A stretch of 63,915 bases of DNA, the filler included, from Armatimonadota bacterium (GTDB taxonomy: Bacteria; Armatimonadota; Fimbriimonadia; Fimbriimonadales; Fimbriimonadaceae): NCBI GenBank assembly GCA_031400935.1. It is 8 parts of 8 records of this genome, joined end to end, with 100 filler letters (N's around TTAATTAATTAA, not from the genome) between each part and the next. Parts side by side here need not be neighbours in the genome. Positions count along the whole stretch, not along the records: positions 1 to 10,992 come from JANNQV010000016.1; positions 11,093 to 25,210 come from JANNQV010000021.1; 6 more parts are not named here. The stretch is one strand, 5' to 3'. The notes beneath the pieces were generated by a model, which was not told where the DNA came from, searched no databases, and saw only the letters and a program-made list of their open reading frames with translations. Each line of letters starts with the position of its first letter. The stretch's first letter is position 1. The translations under genes were made by a program, and so were the position numbers. Positions 9,587-20,099 of this stretch are shown piece after piece.

Positions 9587-10693
9587 ATGAGCACGATCAC
9601 AGCTCCCCCATACAATCGCGTCTTCAATTTCTCTGCTGGCCCATGTACCTTGCCCGTTGAAGTTCTCGAAGAAATTCGAGATGAAATTATGAATTTCAGA
9701 GGCTCTGGAATCAGTGTAATGGAACTTTCGCATCGCGGAAAAATCTATGACGATGTTCATAACGAAGCACTGGAATCACTTAGAACCCTTCTGAATGTGC
9801 CATCAAATTACAAGATCCTCTTCCTGCAAGGCGGAGCGAGTATGCAGAACACGATGATTCCCATGAACCTATTGGAAGAAGGCAAAGTTGCAGATTATGT
9901 TGTTACTGGCGAATGGGGAAAGAAAACTTACGAAGCGGCTTTGTGCGGCTTTGCAAACAAATTGCTTTGGGATGGCAAGCCATCGAATTACTCAACCGTG
10001 CCTGATATTGCCAACCTCGATTTCAGCCCGAATTCAAGCTATTGCCATTGGACGAGCAACGAAACGATTCAGGGCGTAGAATTTCAAGGCGATATCCGGC
10101 TCCCCGTGACCAGTGTTTGCGACATCAGTTCCAATATCCTTTCGCGTCCAATGGATATTTCAGCTTACGACATGCTCTACGCTGGCGCTCAAAAGAACAT
10201 GGGGCCGGCGGGTGTGACGGTTGTGATCATCAAGGATGAATTGCTGGATCGAGCACCTGCCAACTTCCATCCGATGCTCCATTACAAGACCCATTCCGAC
10301 CAGAATTCGATTTATAACACTCCGCCGTGTTTTTCCATTTACGTTTGCGGCTTGGTTTACAAGTGGCTATTGCGTAACGGCGGACTGGATTGGATTTATC
10401 CCATCAATGTCAAAAAGGCAAACATTATCTACGATGCCATTGACAATTCCGGCGGTTATTACCGCGGCCATGCTGACAAGTCTTGCAGAAGCATCATGAA
10501 TGTCACATTCAAGACTCCTAGCGAAGAACTGGACAAGCAATTCCTCAAAGAATGCGATGCCAACAAACTGGATGGGCCAAAGGGGCATAGAGTGGTTGGG
10601 GGAATCCGCGCGAGCATCTACAATGCGTTCCCGGTTGAAGGTTGCGAGGCACTAGCTTCGTTCATGACGGAGTTTCAAGCGCGGAATGGGTAG
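9587..10693 (+). CDS. serC: Phosphoserine aminotransferase
   Basis: NFSAGP, SVMELSHR, QGGAS, AGAQKNMGPAG, NTPP, GHRVVGGIRASIYNA. Confidence 0.96.
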   Translation: MSTITAPPYNRVFNFSAGPCTLPVEVLEEIRDEIMNFRGSGISVMELSHRGKIYDDVHNEALESLRTLLNVPSNYKILFLQGGASMQNTMIPMNLLEEGKVADYVVTGEWGKKTYEAALCGFANKLLWDGKPSNYSTVPDIANLDFSPNSSYCHWTSNETIQGVEFQGDIRLPVTSVCDISSNILSRPMDISAYDMLYAGAQKNMGPAGVTVVIIKDELLDRAPANFHPMLHYKTHSDQNSIYNTPPCFSIYVCGLVYKWLLRNGGLDWIYPINVKKANIIYDAIDNSGGYYRGHADKSCRSIMNVTFKTPSEELDKQFLKECDANKLDGPKGHRVVGGIRASIYNAFPVEGCEALASFMTEFQARNG

Positions 10694-10894
10694 GTAGGGG
10701 AAGGGTATAGTGTTTGGGGTGATGGGTGCGAAATGTTAGCAAGCACGCGAGTGCATTTCAACGGTGAGCTACACTTTGGCGGAACTGCTATTCAACTCGG
10801 TTTACAAAAAAGGGATTACCCTAAACCCTGCACCCCATACCCTGCCCATCAACCAACAACCAACAACTAATAACCAACAACCAACAGCCCACAA
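10691..10894. repeat. Inverted G-rich/C-rich heptamer arrays plus CCAACAA heptamer array
   Basis: G-rich arm 10691-10728; accctaa accctgc accccat accctgc 10818-10845; ccatcaa ccaacaa ccaacaa ctaataa ccaacaa ccaacag cccacaa 10846-10894. Confidence 0.8.
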
Positions 10895-10895
10895 C

Positions 10896-10924
10896 AAAAA
10901 AACGAACAAGGGATTTCTCCCTTG
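10896..10924 (-). terminator. Intrinsic terminator
   Basis: CAAGGGA-TTTC-TCCCTTG stem with a T-run on the minus strand. Confidence 0.55.
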
Positions 10925-10959
10925 TCCATTTTCCATCATGTCCTTTTCCTGAGAAAAGA

Positions 10960-10992
10960 CTATTTGCTTCGTCGTCGTCGGATCAAAGCAAG
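10960..10992 (-). CDS. 3' end of a probable PEP-CTERM-type sorting tail (truncated by contig end)
   Basis: Translates to ...LALIRRRRSK*; only 10 residues visible, so the call is tentative. Confidence 0.45.
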   Translation of the reverse strand, partial: LALIRRRRSK

Positions 10993-11092
10993 NNNNNNNN
11001 NNNNNNNNNNNNNNNNNNNNNNNNNNNNNNNNNNNNTTAATTAATTAANNNNNNNNNNNNNNNNNNNNNNNNNNNNNNNNNNNNNNNNNNNN
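10993..11092. other. Artificial contig linker
   Basis: N-run/TTAATTAATTAA/N-run. Confidence 0.99.
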
Positions 11093-11262
11093 GAGTTTCC
11101 TCATACGACAGAAGTCTGATCATTGCGATCAGCCAACGGGTCAAATCCGATACACCTTTCGTTGATGCTTGTCCTACCGCTTAGTCAGAAACCTCGAGAG
11201 GTTAGCATGGAATTCGGGCACTTGTAAGAAACCTGTTGCGTCGGTCCAGCGTAATTAATGTG

Positions 11263-12018
11263 ATGAGTTCCCGAAGGTTTACGGAGCGAGAAGCCGCGGC
11301 AATCGTGCGCAAGGCCGCCGAGACTCAAGCGAAGACAACAGAATCTTCGAGCAATGAGGGTGTCACCGAGCTTGAATTGCGCGCGGCGGCAAAGGAACTT
11401 GGCATTCATGGGCCTGCCATTGATGCCGCCTTGCAAACCGTCGGCGGACAAGAAGAAAACAATCGCCCTGGGGTTTTTGGCGGTCATTTTCGTCATGAAG
11501 TCGAAACTGTCTTTGAAGGGACACTTTCGGACGAAACTTGGGAAGAGATTCTATTGGAAGTACGGCGTACATTCGGCGAAGTGGGAACGGTCGAACGGCG
11601 CGGCACCACCCATGAGTGGTCTTGTATTGGCGGTGGAATTGACAAGATCATTGTCACGCTTCGGCAAACAGGAAATACGGTTCGTCTTCAAATCAGCTCA
11701 GACTTCCGCGACAAAGGGTTTGTTGGGTATCTACTCACAGCCTTGCCATTCTTCATTACCGTAGCTGTACTTTCCAAAGTGACGTTGCCCGGAATGTGGG
11801 AGCTTTGGATAGGAATGGCTTTGGCTTCTGTCTATTTACTGATTGCCCGCGGTTGGACAATCGCAACCTCACGGAAACGCAGTCGAACGATTTCAAAACT
11901 AGTGCGACACGTGGAATCTATCCTGCAAACCAAAGACGAGCAACCCAAAAGCATCGCAAGAACTTCAATTAGAAATCTGCCTGAGGAACCAGTTCAAGAC
12001 ATTTCAGCATCAATCTGA
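11263..12018 (+). CDS. Hypothetical membrane protein
   Basis: RRFTEREAAAIVRKAAE...ELRAAAKELGI N-terminus and two C-terminal TM helices. Confidence 0.7.
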   Translation: MSSRRFTEREAAAIVRKAAETQAKTTESSSNEGVTELELRAAAKELGIHGPAIDAALQTVGGQEENNRPGVFGGHFRHEVETVFEGTLSDETWEEILLEVRRTFGEVGTVERRGTTHEWSCIGGGIDKIIVTLRQTGNTVRLQISSDFRDKGFVGYLLTALPFFITVAVLSKVTLPGMWELWIGMALASVYLLIARGWTIATSRKRSRTISKLVRHVESILQTKDEQPKSIARTSIRNLPEEPVQDISASI

Positions 12019-12090
12019 TTGGTAATGAGCCCTTTCTTGCAAATTGGTTCTCTTCGGCGTCTTTGATCACGATTATCGATTCGTGCCTTC

Positions 12091-14595
12091 TTAGTCGTCG
12101 CCATCTGTTTGATTTGGAGCATCCCCAGGGCGGCTAGGATACGGCACTTTTTCCTTGTGAATCGAAAACCAATTGATTCGGTTCAGCCAATAAGGATCAG
12201 GGGCATCTATATGGCTCCAATCCAATTCCATTGTCTTTTTGATCCAAAATGCTTCTTCGTCAGTTGGCTTTCGATTCCGTCCGGGGTTGGCTTCATCTAG
12301 CGGAACGTTGTTCGCAACCCTAGCATAGGGCGATAGGTCGAGCGTATTTGAAAAGCACGAGTCAATCGGCTTCGCCAAAAGGTCGAACTTGTTCATCGGC
12401 TCTAAACCGAGCATCATTTCAATGGATTTGAGCATTGAAACCGTCGTGTACAGGTTAGAGTCCACAAATTTTCTCTTCGTGTATGGTGAGATCGCCATGT
12501 AAGCGGTGCGATGGCCGTCAACATGATCTGGGCCGGATTGCGCATCGTCTTCGATGACGAAAATGCAAGTATCCTTCCATTGCGGAGACTTGGAAACCGC
12601 TTCCACGATCCGCCCAAGTGCCAGATCATTGTCTGCCATCATGGCTCGTGGGGTTGGAAAGGCGGGATTCAGCCCTTCGCCATGGTCGCAAGGAAGGCTC
12701 ATCACCATCAAATTGGGGACTTTGTTGGCTTTGCTGAACTTTGAATACTCCTCAATAAAGATATCTGCCCGTTGCTGGTCAGATTGCCACAGCGGCCAAT
12801 AATGGTAGTTTGGGTGGCCGTATTTCTTGACAGAGTCCGTATCGCCAACTGCGATCGGAGTCAATGTGTACTTCCCTGCTTTGCGCATTTCCCAGACTTC
12901 GAACCAGTCCTTTGGCGCCCGTGGCTTCCAATGATTCTTGTCCGCGTTCATGAATTCGCCGTAGATTCGAACGGACTTCCCCGCTTTCAGGGCAGCATCC
13001 CAAATCGTTCCTGAATTGCTGATCGCCATTGCGTCTCTGCCATCGTCTGGATAGGTTCTTGAGTACCCGACATAGAACTTTTCGAGATAATCATTGGCAA
13101 AACCTTGTGTAGACCAATTGTGCCCGTCTGCTGAATTTGTTCCGCTCACATAACCGTTGTCGAACAAAGTGAATTGCTGGGCGATCTTTCGATGGTTCGG
13201 CATGACGATTTCGCCTAGCGAGCATAAATTTGGATCACCATTTCCTTGCGGCAAATCTCCAAAAATCTCGTCATACGTTCTGTTTTCTTTGATGATATAT
13301 AGGACATGCTTGATCGCGCCGTTGTAAACTTTTAGCTTGGGCCGAACACCCTCAGGACCTTGAAGCCATGCATTGTTTCGCGCCACCAAAGCCGTTTCCT
13401 TGCCAATTTCTCTATTCAAATCTACGACAGAAATTGTGCCAAGAAAATCATGGGCGTTCCCTCGCTTACCGTCATCGGTATTCGCAACGGAACCACTTCC
13501 TTTTGAGTTCAAAACAAGTGCGCGATTCCCGCCTGGAAGTATGGCTACAGCGATTGGAAAATAGCCTGTTTGTCGCCAGCCATTTACCTTTCCAGTAGTC
13601 AAATCTATTTCGCAAAGTGCGTTGTCTCCACCATTGCAAACATAGAGCTTGTCCGCAAAGCCTGCCATGGCGTTCGGCATACTGCCGATAACTTTGCGAC
13701 CTTTCCAGGTCAAGCGAAATGTACGCCTAACCCTTGCACTGGAAATGTCAATTTCGCTGATTGTATCGCTAAGCGCATTTGCCACGTACGCAAGCCGCCC
13801 CTCGACGAGAACTCCGCTTGGGTGCAATCCAACTGCCACAGTTTGCTCTCGTTTTGAACCAATATCTATCAACGACACGCATCCAGACTTTGCAGCATTT
13901 ACCCGATCAACCGCGACATCGGTGTTGTCGCTCTTCATGATCTTCTCAGTAGATTTCGGCAGGTAACCGCCCCAATTTGAAACAACGATTTTGGACTCGT
14001 CTTCGGAGAATCGAGCTTCGTACGGCATGGTCTGAACCGGAAATTCGTCAACGCGTTTACCGGTAATCATGTCCACTCTGACAACAGAGTTTCGATTGAT
14101 GCAAGCCACCACCAGCCATTTTCCGTTTTGAGAAATATCGAATCCGCCCGGAATGGGGTTAGCATCCTTAGCATCGAGTTTCAATTCGATTTTGTTTGCC
14201 TGAGCAAGTCTGTTGTTTTGAAAACTGAAAACTTGCAAGTGCCCTTTTGCGGTGCTGGCGATCAATTCCTTTCCATTTGGAGTCCAACCAAGTCCATGAA
14301 AACCTGCATCTGAACCTAATTGCACCGGGAACGTATTCGGCAATATTCCATTTTCATCAATCAAAACGATTGAGTTTTTGTGCATTACGGCGGCTATGCG
14401 TAGCTTCGGATGAAGGGACATATTTGCCAAACGCCCCCTGATTGCAATCTCACCTGCGGGCACACGTTGACCGGATGAAACTATGTAGGAGCCGTCTGAT
14501 TGTCTCCCCATAGTTGGCGGGCGAAAAATCCATGCCGCTGCAGCTGCAATAAGTAGCGCAAAAGCAAATAGTAAGTATGTCAGCCGGTTGCTCAT
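12091..14595 (-). CDS. YncE/YVTN beta-propeller plus alkaline-phosphatase-like phosphoesterase
   Basis: IKHVLYIIKENRTYD, SADGHNW, DNDLALGRIVE, EDDAQSGPDHVDGHR; alternative start 14619. Confidence 0.85.
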   Translation of the reverse strand: MSNRLTYLLFAFALLIAAAAAWIFRPPTMGRQSDGSYIVSSGQRVPAGEIAIRGRLANMSLHPKLRIAAVMHKNSIVLIDENGILPNTFPVQLGSDAGFHGLGWTPNGKELIASTAKGHLQVFSFQNNRLAQANKIELKLDAKDANPIPGGFDISQNGKWLVVACINRNSVVRVDMITGKRVDEFPVQTMPYEARFSEDESKIVVSNWGGYLPKSTEKIMKSDNTDVAVDRVNAAKSGCVSLIDIGSKREQTVAVGLHPSGVLVEGRLAYVANALSDTISEIDISSARVRRTFRLTWKGRKVIGSMPNAMAGFADKLYVCNGGDNALCEIDLTTGKVNGWRQTGYFPIAVAILPGGNRALVLNSKGSGSVANTDDGKRGNAHDFLGTISVVDLNREIGKETALVARNNAWLQGPEGVRPKLKVYNGAIKHVLYIIKENRTYDEIFGDLPQGNGDPNLCSLGEIVMPNHRKIAQQFTLFDNGYVSGTNSADGHNWSTQGFANDYLEKFYVGYSRTYPDDGRDAMAISNSGTIWDAALKAGKSVRIYGEFMNADKNHWKPRAPKDWFEVWEMRKAGKYTLTPIAVGDTDSVKKYGHPNYHYWPLWQSDQQRADIFIEEYSKFSKANKVPNLMVMSLPCDHGEGLNPAFPTPRAMMADNDLALGRIVEAVSKSPQWKDTCIFVIEDDAQSGPDHVDGHRTAYMAISPYTKRKFVDSNLYTTVSMLKSIEMMLGLEPMNKFDLLAKPIDSCFSNTLDLSPYARVANNVPLDEANPGRNRKPTDEEAFWIKKTMELDWSHIDAPDPYWLNRINWFSIHKEKVPYPSRPGDAPNQTDGDD

Positions 14596-14664
14596 AAGGT
14601 ACGAAAGAGTGTATATCACATTGCACGAGCAATGGCAAGAGCATTTGTTATGAATGAGTCAAAT

Positions 14665-15192
14665 TCAGGGCCTTCCCATCTTCTCCCAAAGCGTCTTCAG
14701 CATAACAGCCTGGCCGCCGTGGTAGGCATCGTGCTCGATTGTATGCGCCACCATCCAACGAACGGAAAAGGTATTTCCAGTTCTTGTAGAAGTGTAAGTT
14801 CGAATGTCATCTGTGATTCCAGCCAGAACTTCAATCGTCTTTGCGCGGGTTTCCTTCAAAATGTCGATGTACCAATCCAGGTGCTGCGATGGCGGAGTGG
14901 GCCAAATGGCATCGTCAACGTTGGTCTCGTTCCACATCAGTAACTTTTTATCTTCATCTGAAAATGGGATTCCTCCACAGCAGTCGTGAATCCACCATTT
15001 CTCGACCCCGATAATGTGGAGTAATTGACTCCCAATCGAATAACCCATCGGAAACGGTTGCCAAACGATTCCCTCGATTGGCACCTCGCCTAACTCATCT
15101 TTCCACTCTCTTGTGGAATCTTCAATCATGCTGGCAAAACTCCCCATCAAAGGGATTCTGCTCGTTAGTTCTGGAATATCAAATTGGTTCAT
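14665..15192 (-). CDS. DinB-family protein
   Basis: SIG.QLLHI...E..W and HTIEHDAYHGGQ. Confidence 0.85.
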   Translation of the reverse strand: MNQFDIPELTSRIPLMGSFASMIEDSTREWKDELGEVPIEGIVWQPFPMGYSIGSQLLHIIGVEKWWIHDCCGGIPFSDEDKKLLMWNETNVDDAIWPTPPSQHLDWYIDILKETRAKTIEVLAGITDDIRTYTSTRTGNTFSVRWMVAHTIEHDAYHGGQAVMLKTLWEKMGRP

Positions 15193-15204
15193 GTGATTTT
15201 GATT

Positions 15205-16125
15205 TTAGCTCGACAATGCCGCCCTCGGTTGGCGGAATCGCGAAGCAAGCCAAACTCCAGCCACGACAACACCAAAGCCAAGAAATTGTATTGGTTGCAG
15301 CGACTTTCCAATCACGAGCCACTCCAAAAGGGCGGCTAGGGGAGGAATGAAATATTGGTAGAGCATTGCTCCAGCGGCTCCAACTTGCTTTACTCCTGCG
15401 TAAAAACCTATGAATCCGACGACGCCAGCCAAAACAGTTACATGAAATAGCATGATCCAAGCTGTCGCCGAAATGGTTGCCCAAGGAGTTTCGATCGTAG
15501 CGGCGAGTCCGTATGGCAGCAAAATCAGTAAGGAAGCCGGAGCGGAAACAGCTAGCATTCGAATTGGTGAAATATCGTTTAGGAGTGGTTTTGAAATCAC
15601 TGTAGTCCAGGCCCAAACAACGGCTGATGTCAAAACGAGTGCTACACCGATCAGATGATCTTGGGGAGTAACTGAACCGAGGGGATCAACCTCACGACCG
15701 AGAATTACCATCGCCGCTCCGAGGAAAGCTACAACAGCAGCTACCAAAACCAGTGGTCGAAACTCCTCTTGCCGCGCGATCATTGCGAGCAAAGCCGTCC
15801 AAATAGGGGCCGTTGTGAGCAAAATTGATCCTTCCGCGCCACCAGTTCGCGCCAGGCCCTCGAAAAATAAAATCATATAAACGCCGAGGGAAAGGAACCC
15901 TTGGGCATATGTCCGGAACCGGACACCCTTAGGAACCGAAAGCGGTTCTCTTTGCCATAGGCATATTGCGGCTAGGATGATCCACATTGGCACCATTCGC
16001 GCGATACTGGCAGCGGCTGGTGTCACCTCGATATACAGAAGTTTGATGGCAACGAAATTCACAGCCCAGGTTGCAATCGCAACCACTAACGGCCAACTTA
16101 TGCCTCTATGAACTCCATCGCTCAA
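15205..16125 (-). CDS. DMT/EamA-family transporter
   Basis: About 10 TM helices in two EamA-like halves. Confidence 0.85.
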   Translation of the reverse strand: MSDGVHRGISWPLVVAIATWAVNFVAIKLLYIEVTPAAASIARMVPMWIILAAICLWQREPLSVPKGVRFRTYAQGFLSLGVYMILFFEGLARTGGAEGSILLTTAPIWTALLAMIARQEEFRPLVLVAAVVAFLGAAMVILGREVDPLGSVTPQDHLIGVALVLTSAVVWAWTTVISKPLLNDISPIRMLAVSAPASLLILLPYGLAATIETPWATISATAWIMLFHVTVLAGVVGFIGFYAGVKQVGAAGAMLYQYFIPPLAALLEWLVIGKSLQPIQFLGFGVVVAGVWLASRFRQPRAALSS

Positions 16126-16865
16126 CTAACTCTGGCGCCGCCTTCGCGTAGAGCCAGAATTGCCCTGACTTCATCGGCTTGTTCCGGCGTGTCAATGGCA
16201 AGTTCTGCGCCTTCAGATTTGGACATCTTGATTCGAACCCCGTTGCCAAGGAATCTTAGCTGTTCCAAGCTTTCTGTAAGTTCCAGCGTCGTCGGGCTCC
16301 ATCCCGAGAACTTTAGTAAAGGCTCTCGACGAAAAGCGTAAAGCCCCAGATGCTTTTTCAGCGAGACTTCACGAGGATTCCGCGGGAATGGAATTGGATA
16401 TCGGCTGAAATAAAGAGCAAAATCGTTTTCGTCGGTGACGACTTTCACAACCGCCGGATTTTCTTCCTCAGATTGTGCACAATCGCAATACACGCTTCCC
16501 ATTTCTATCGTGGGGTCGTTCAATAGCGGATTTGCACATGCCGCAATGCTCGAAGGCTGAATCAGAGGTTCATCGCCCTGAACGTTTACATACACTTCAG
16601 CAACCAGCCTTTCAGCGACTTCTGCAATCCGATCCGTGCCGGTTATGTGATCGTACCGGGTCAAGATTCCAGTAGCACCGAACGCAGCACAAGCGTCAAT
16701 AATTACTTGATCGGGCGTTGCAACAACTACTTGATCGCCAACTTTTGAGGCGATTGCAGCTTCATACACTCGCTGAACCATGCTCTTGCCCAATAGGTCA
16801 ACAAGCGGCTTTCCTGGGAATCGTGTGCTGCCCATCCGGGCTGGGATTACAATGAGGCACTTCAT
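16122..16865 (-). CDS. kdsB: 3-deoxy-manno-octulosonate cytidylyltransferase
   Basis: IPARMGSTRFPGKPL, GTDRIAE, NVQGDEP, ALYFSR, ESLEQLR. Confidence 0.95.
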   Translation of the reverse strand: MKCLIVIPARMGSTRFPGKPLVDLLGKSMVQRVYEAAIASKVGDQVVVATPDQVIIDACAAFGATGILTRYDHITGTDRIAEVAERLVAEVYVNVQGDEPLIQPSSIAACANPLLNDPTIEMGSVYCDCAQSEEENPAVVKVVTDENDFALYFSRYPIPFPRNPREVSLKKHLGLYAFRREPLLKFSGWSPTTLELTESLEQLRFLGNGVRIKMSKSEGAELAIDTPEQADEVRAILALREGGARVS

Positions 16866-16900
16866 GTACCGAAGAGATTACTCGGAAGCACAATTTGTGA

Positions 16901-17533
16901 TCACGGCTTTGTTGACGGAATTGGAGCAGCATCGGCTCTACGAGAATCCCTTTCTGCGTGCTGGACCGACATTCTTAGCCCGGTCATCGCATTATTTTCT
17001 CCAATTGCAATTGTGAGCGTGAACTCCTCATTGCCCGTATCCATCGCACAAATCATCTTTCGATGCCGCCCAACTTCCCAGAACCAATAGCGGGACTTCG
17101 ATGAGGTAACGGCTTGAATTTCCTTACCTGCTTCGTACCTGACATTTCGAATCGCTTCCTGAACACGAGCTTCTTCGACTTTAAGCAATGTGCGAACGGC
17201 TACGGCAAGCTGATCTTCAAAGGTGATTACACCGTAGGATTCGATGTCGGATTCCCAGCCTCTTGCCCGAAATCCTTCGCCAAATTGAGCTGGCAAATCG
17301 CGAAATTCGTACGACTTCTTTGGCTTCTCGTAGAGGCCAAATGCTTTTTGCCCAGGATCGCCAACATGGAGTTTCGTTCCATCGTTTTCCAAGACAATGG
17401 AACTCGAGCGGCCAAAATTTGGTGCCGGCACTTTTTCAACGGAGGAGAACAACGGCTTAGGCGATAAGTCTAGCTTTTCAGGATTGACGCATCCTGCCAT
17501 TGCAACAGAGCAAAATATTGCTATCAACAACAA
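16901..17533 (-). CDS. Hypothetical lipoprotein
   Basis: LLLIAIFCSVAMAGC lipobox; start uncertain (TTG just after the greA stop). Confidence 0.6.
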   Translation of the reverse strand: MLLIAIFCSVAMAGCVNPEKLDLSPKPLFSSVEKVPAPNFGRSSSIVLENDGTKLHVGDPGQKAFGLYEKPKKSYEFRDLPAQFGEGFRARGWESDIESYGVITFEDQLAVAVRTLLKVEEARVQEAIRNVRYEAGKEIQAVTSSKSRYWFWEVGRHRKMICAMDTGNEEFTLTIAIGENNAMTGLRMSVQHAERDSRRADAAPIPSTKP

Positions 17534-17537
17534 GCTC

Positions 17538-18014
17538 TTAAATTGATTCGACTGCCAAGATTTTGTATTTCTGGTTTCCACCCGGCGCCTCCACTTCAAC
17601 CAATTCTCCAACGACTTTGCCTAAAAGGGCCTCGCCAAGAGGAGAACTAATGCTAATCAGATTATGCGTTACATCAGCCCCAAACGACCCAACCAACGTG
17701 ATTGTAAACTCGTCTCCGAACTCAAGGTCCTCCAGCTTTACTCTTGAACCAAGGTGAGCTAGATCATGCCGATCATCCGGACGCTCGACAATCTTGGCTC
17801 TCATGATTGCCTTTTCGAGATCGGCAATTCGGCTGTCCAATCGCTGCTGATTCAGTTTGGCTTCATGATACGCGGCGTTTTCTTTGAGGTCGCCGTGGGA
17901 TTTGGCTTCTTTGATGGCCCCTGCCACTGCTGATCGAGCAGTTGTTTTCAAAGCCAAAACTTCTGCTTTCAGCTTCTCCAAGCCCTCTTTGGTTAGCAAG
18001 ACATCGTTCGACAT
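17538..18014 (-). CDS. greA: Transcription elongation factor GreA
   Basis: LTKEG, HGDLKENAAYHEAK, ISISSPLGEALLG. Confidence 0.94.
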   Translation of the reverse strand: MSNDVLLTKEGLEKLKAEVLALKTTARSAVAGAIKEAKSHGDLKENAAYHEAKLNQQRLDSRIADLEKAIMRAKIVERPDDRHDLAHLGSRVKLEDLEFGDEFTITLVGSFGADVTHNLISISSPLGEALLGKVVGELVEVEAPGGNQKYKILAVESI

Positions 18015-18035
18015 GAAGTTCGTATTATGGCACGG

Positions 18036-18896
18036 TTAATCAACGACTTCGATCTCGACAGATTGAACAAACCCTGCTTCAGCGCCCTTTTGCAATAAAA
18101 GTCGAATGGCTTGAATTCCTTCTTCGCCCATGTCAAGTGTTCGTTCGTTTACATACATTCCAACGAATTGATCGCTTGTCTTTGGGTCCATTCCACGAGC
18201 AAATTGCAACGCATAATCGAGTGCTTTGCCTCGATTGGCGAGCCCGCTTGAGATTGACTCCCTCATGCAGCGGCTCACATCGGCAACGGCTTCTGCACCA
18301 AGGTCCTTCCGGACTACGTTGACTCCCAAAGGAAGCGGCAAACCTGTTGTCTCATGCCACCAAACGCCCATATCTGCCAAACGATGCAATCCATCCGTTT
18401 CGTATGTCAATTGCCCTTCATGAATAATGAGTCCAGCATCAAATTTGCCTTCTTGAATCGCCGGAATGATCTCGTCAAACGGAACAACTTCGTAAGTCAA
18501 ATGGTTCTTTGCAGCTCCTTCTCCGAACTGATCTTCAAACCAAAGTTGAAGCTGAAGGAATGCAGAAGTCAGTAATCCCGGAACAGCAATCTTCTTGGAC
18601 TTCAATTCATCAATGTTCGATGGCTTCAAGGCAACAATCATTGGGCCGTATTTGTCGCCAAACGATCCGCCATGGCGCAAAAGCGCATACTTCTCGGCAA
18701 TATAGGCAAATGCGTGGACTGAGACAGCGGTAGATTCTAATCGGCCTTCCATTGCCCATTCGTTCAAAGTCTGGATATCTCGCAGAATATGCTCGAATTC
18801 AAAATCGGATTGAACTTCGCCGTTCGCAAGCCCCCAAAACATGAAGGCGTCGTCAGAATCAGGTGAATGGCCGAGGCGGATTTTAGTCTTAGTCAC
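18036..18896 (-). CDS. mqnD: 1,4-dihydroxy-6-naphthoate synthase (futalosine pathway)
   Basis: GHSPDSDDAFMF, DIQTLN, IIHEGQLTY, TGLPLPLG, MYVN. Confidence 0.9.
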   Translation of the reverse strand: MTKTKIRLGHSPDSDDAFMFWGLANGEVQSDFEFEHILRDIQTLNEWAMEGRLESTAVSVHAFAYIAEKYALLRHGGSFGDKYGPMIVALKPSNIDELKSKKIAVPGLLTSAFLQLQLWFEDQFGEGAAKNHLTYEVVPFDEIIPAIQEGKFDAGLIIHEGQLTYETDGLHRLADMGVWWHETTGLPLPLGVNVVRKDLGAEAVADVSRCMRESISSGLANRGKALDYALQFARGMDPKTSDQFVGMYVNERTLDMGEEGIQAIRLLLQKGAEAGFVQSVEIEVVD

Positions 18897-18920
18897 GCTC
18901 TAAATGTACCTGGGCAAGCC

Positions 18921-20099
18921 CTATTTGCGCCCTTGAAGTCCAAGTATTACTCGTACTTCCGACTTTTCCAGAAGTGTTTGAGCTGATTCTTTCAAAGTCG
19001 TTAGGTCAACCAATTTCATAATATCAAAATACGATTTTGGATTCCATTCGATGCCAGAAGTTGCAAACCAGTAAGCTCTTATCTGGGTCTCTCGCTCTAA
19101 GGATTCTCCCATCGAGGCTTGCCCTGTTATTGCAAACGGTGAAACTCCGTTTCCATAAATCAACAAACCTTCTGCCGCACCTAGCGCTCTACTTCGATGC
19201 GCTTCCGTCCAAGTTCCAATAGATTGCAGCATTGAATCCCGAACTGCGCCGCCTTTAGCGGGAGAAAATTCAGGATCGGAGGTTGCCAAAATCATTCGAA
19301 TCCGAAAGCCTTTTGGTGTCGGCCAAAGGAGTAATTCCTGGCGATAAGTTAAACCCATCGTCTCGCGTGGAACCTGAAACAGCGTCGAACCTTTTCCAAC
19401 ACCTAAGGCAAAAATAGCCAATAATTTGGATGGAAAATCAGCATCTGTTAGCCGTATCTCCTGTCCTGACAATTCAATTGTGGAAGTTGAAGTGGCGTTT
19501 GAGAGAGTGTTCTTCGTGCGGTTCAAATCAAGCGGAATTGCTACCGTACGAGGCATCACCCAACCCTCAAACCTCGTTTCAAGTTTTTGTGGGCTGTCGG
19601 ACGGGAAGTTGCCGCCGATCGCAATGGTCACATTTTCTGGCCGAAAGTAGCGGACAAACGCATCCCGCAAGTCGGATTTCCGTAAATCGGAGACGCTCAA
19701 CGTTTGCGGCCACAAAGCAGTTTTCCAATAATCAGAATTCGCGGTCTGGTTCGTGAGTTTCCATTCGTTTAGTGCTTGATCGGAAAATGTGGAACGACGC
19801 AAGACGGAGTCCACAATTGAAATCCCAGTTCCAACTTGTTCGGGAGGAATACTGATGCTCATTCGGACAAAACCAGGCATTAATTCGACAGTAGGTCGAA
19901 ATCCACATTGGCCGCCCCATCGCATAATTTGGGGCTTTGAGTATTCAGCCGTAGATTCCATCATCAAATCTGAAATCGCTCGAACTGCCATCTCCTCGCG
20001 CGGCCCCAATTCAGGGAGTTTGATGACAACTTGAATTGTTGCTCTGTCTAAAGCCGCATCGGGATATTGCAAAACCATTGGGCCAGATAGAAGAATCAT
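18921..20099 (-). CDS. M16 peptidase-like subunit, catalytically inactive
   Basis: YFRPENVTIAIGG and RETMGLTY; no HxxEH; overlaps the M16 partner. Confidence 0.7.
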   Translation of the reverse strand: MILLSGPMVLQYPDAALDRATIQVVIKLPELGPREEMAVRAISDLMMESTAEYSKPQIMRWGGQCGFRPTVELMPGFVRMSISIPPEQVGTGISIVDSVLRRSTFSDQALNEWKLTNQTANSDYWKTALWPQTLSVSDLRKSDLRDAFVRYFRPENVTIAIGGNFPSDSPQKLETRFEGWVMPRTVAIPLDLNRTKNTLSNATSTSTIELSGQEIRLTDADFPSKLLAIFALGVGKGSTLFQVPRETMGLTYRQELLLWPTPKGFRIRMILATSDPEFSPAKGGAVRDSMLQSIGTWTEAHRSRALGAAEGLLIYGNGVSPFAITGQASMGESLERETQIRAYWFATSGIEWNPKSYFDIMKLVDLTTLKESAQTLLEKSEVRVILGLQGRK

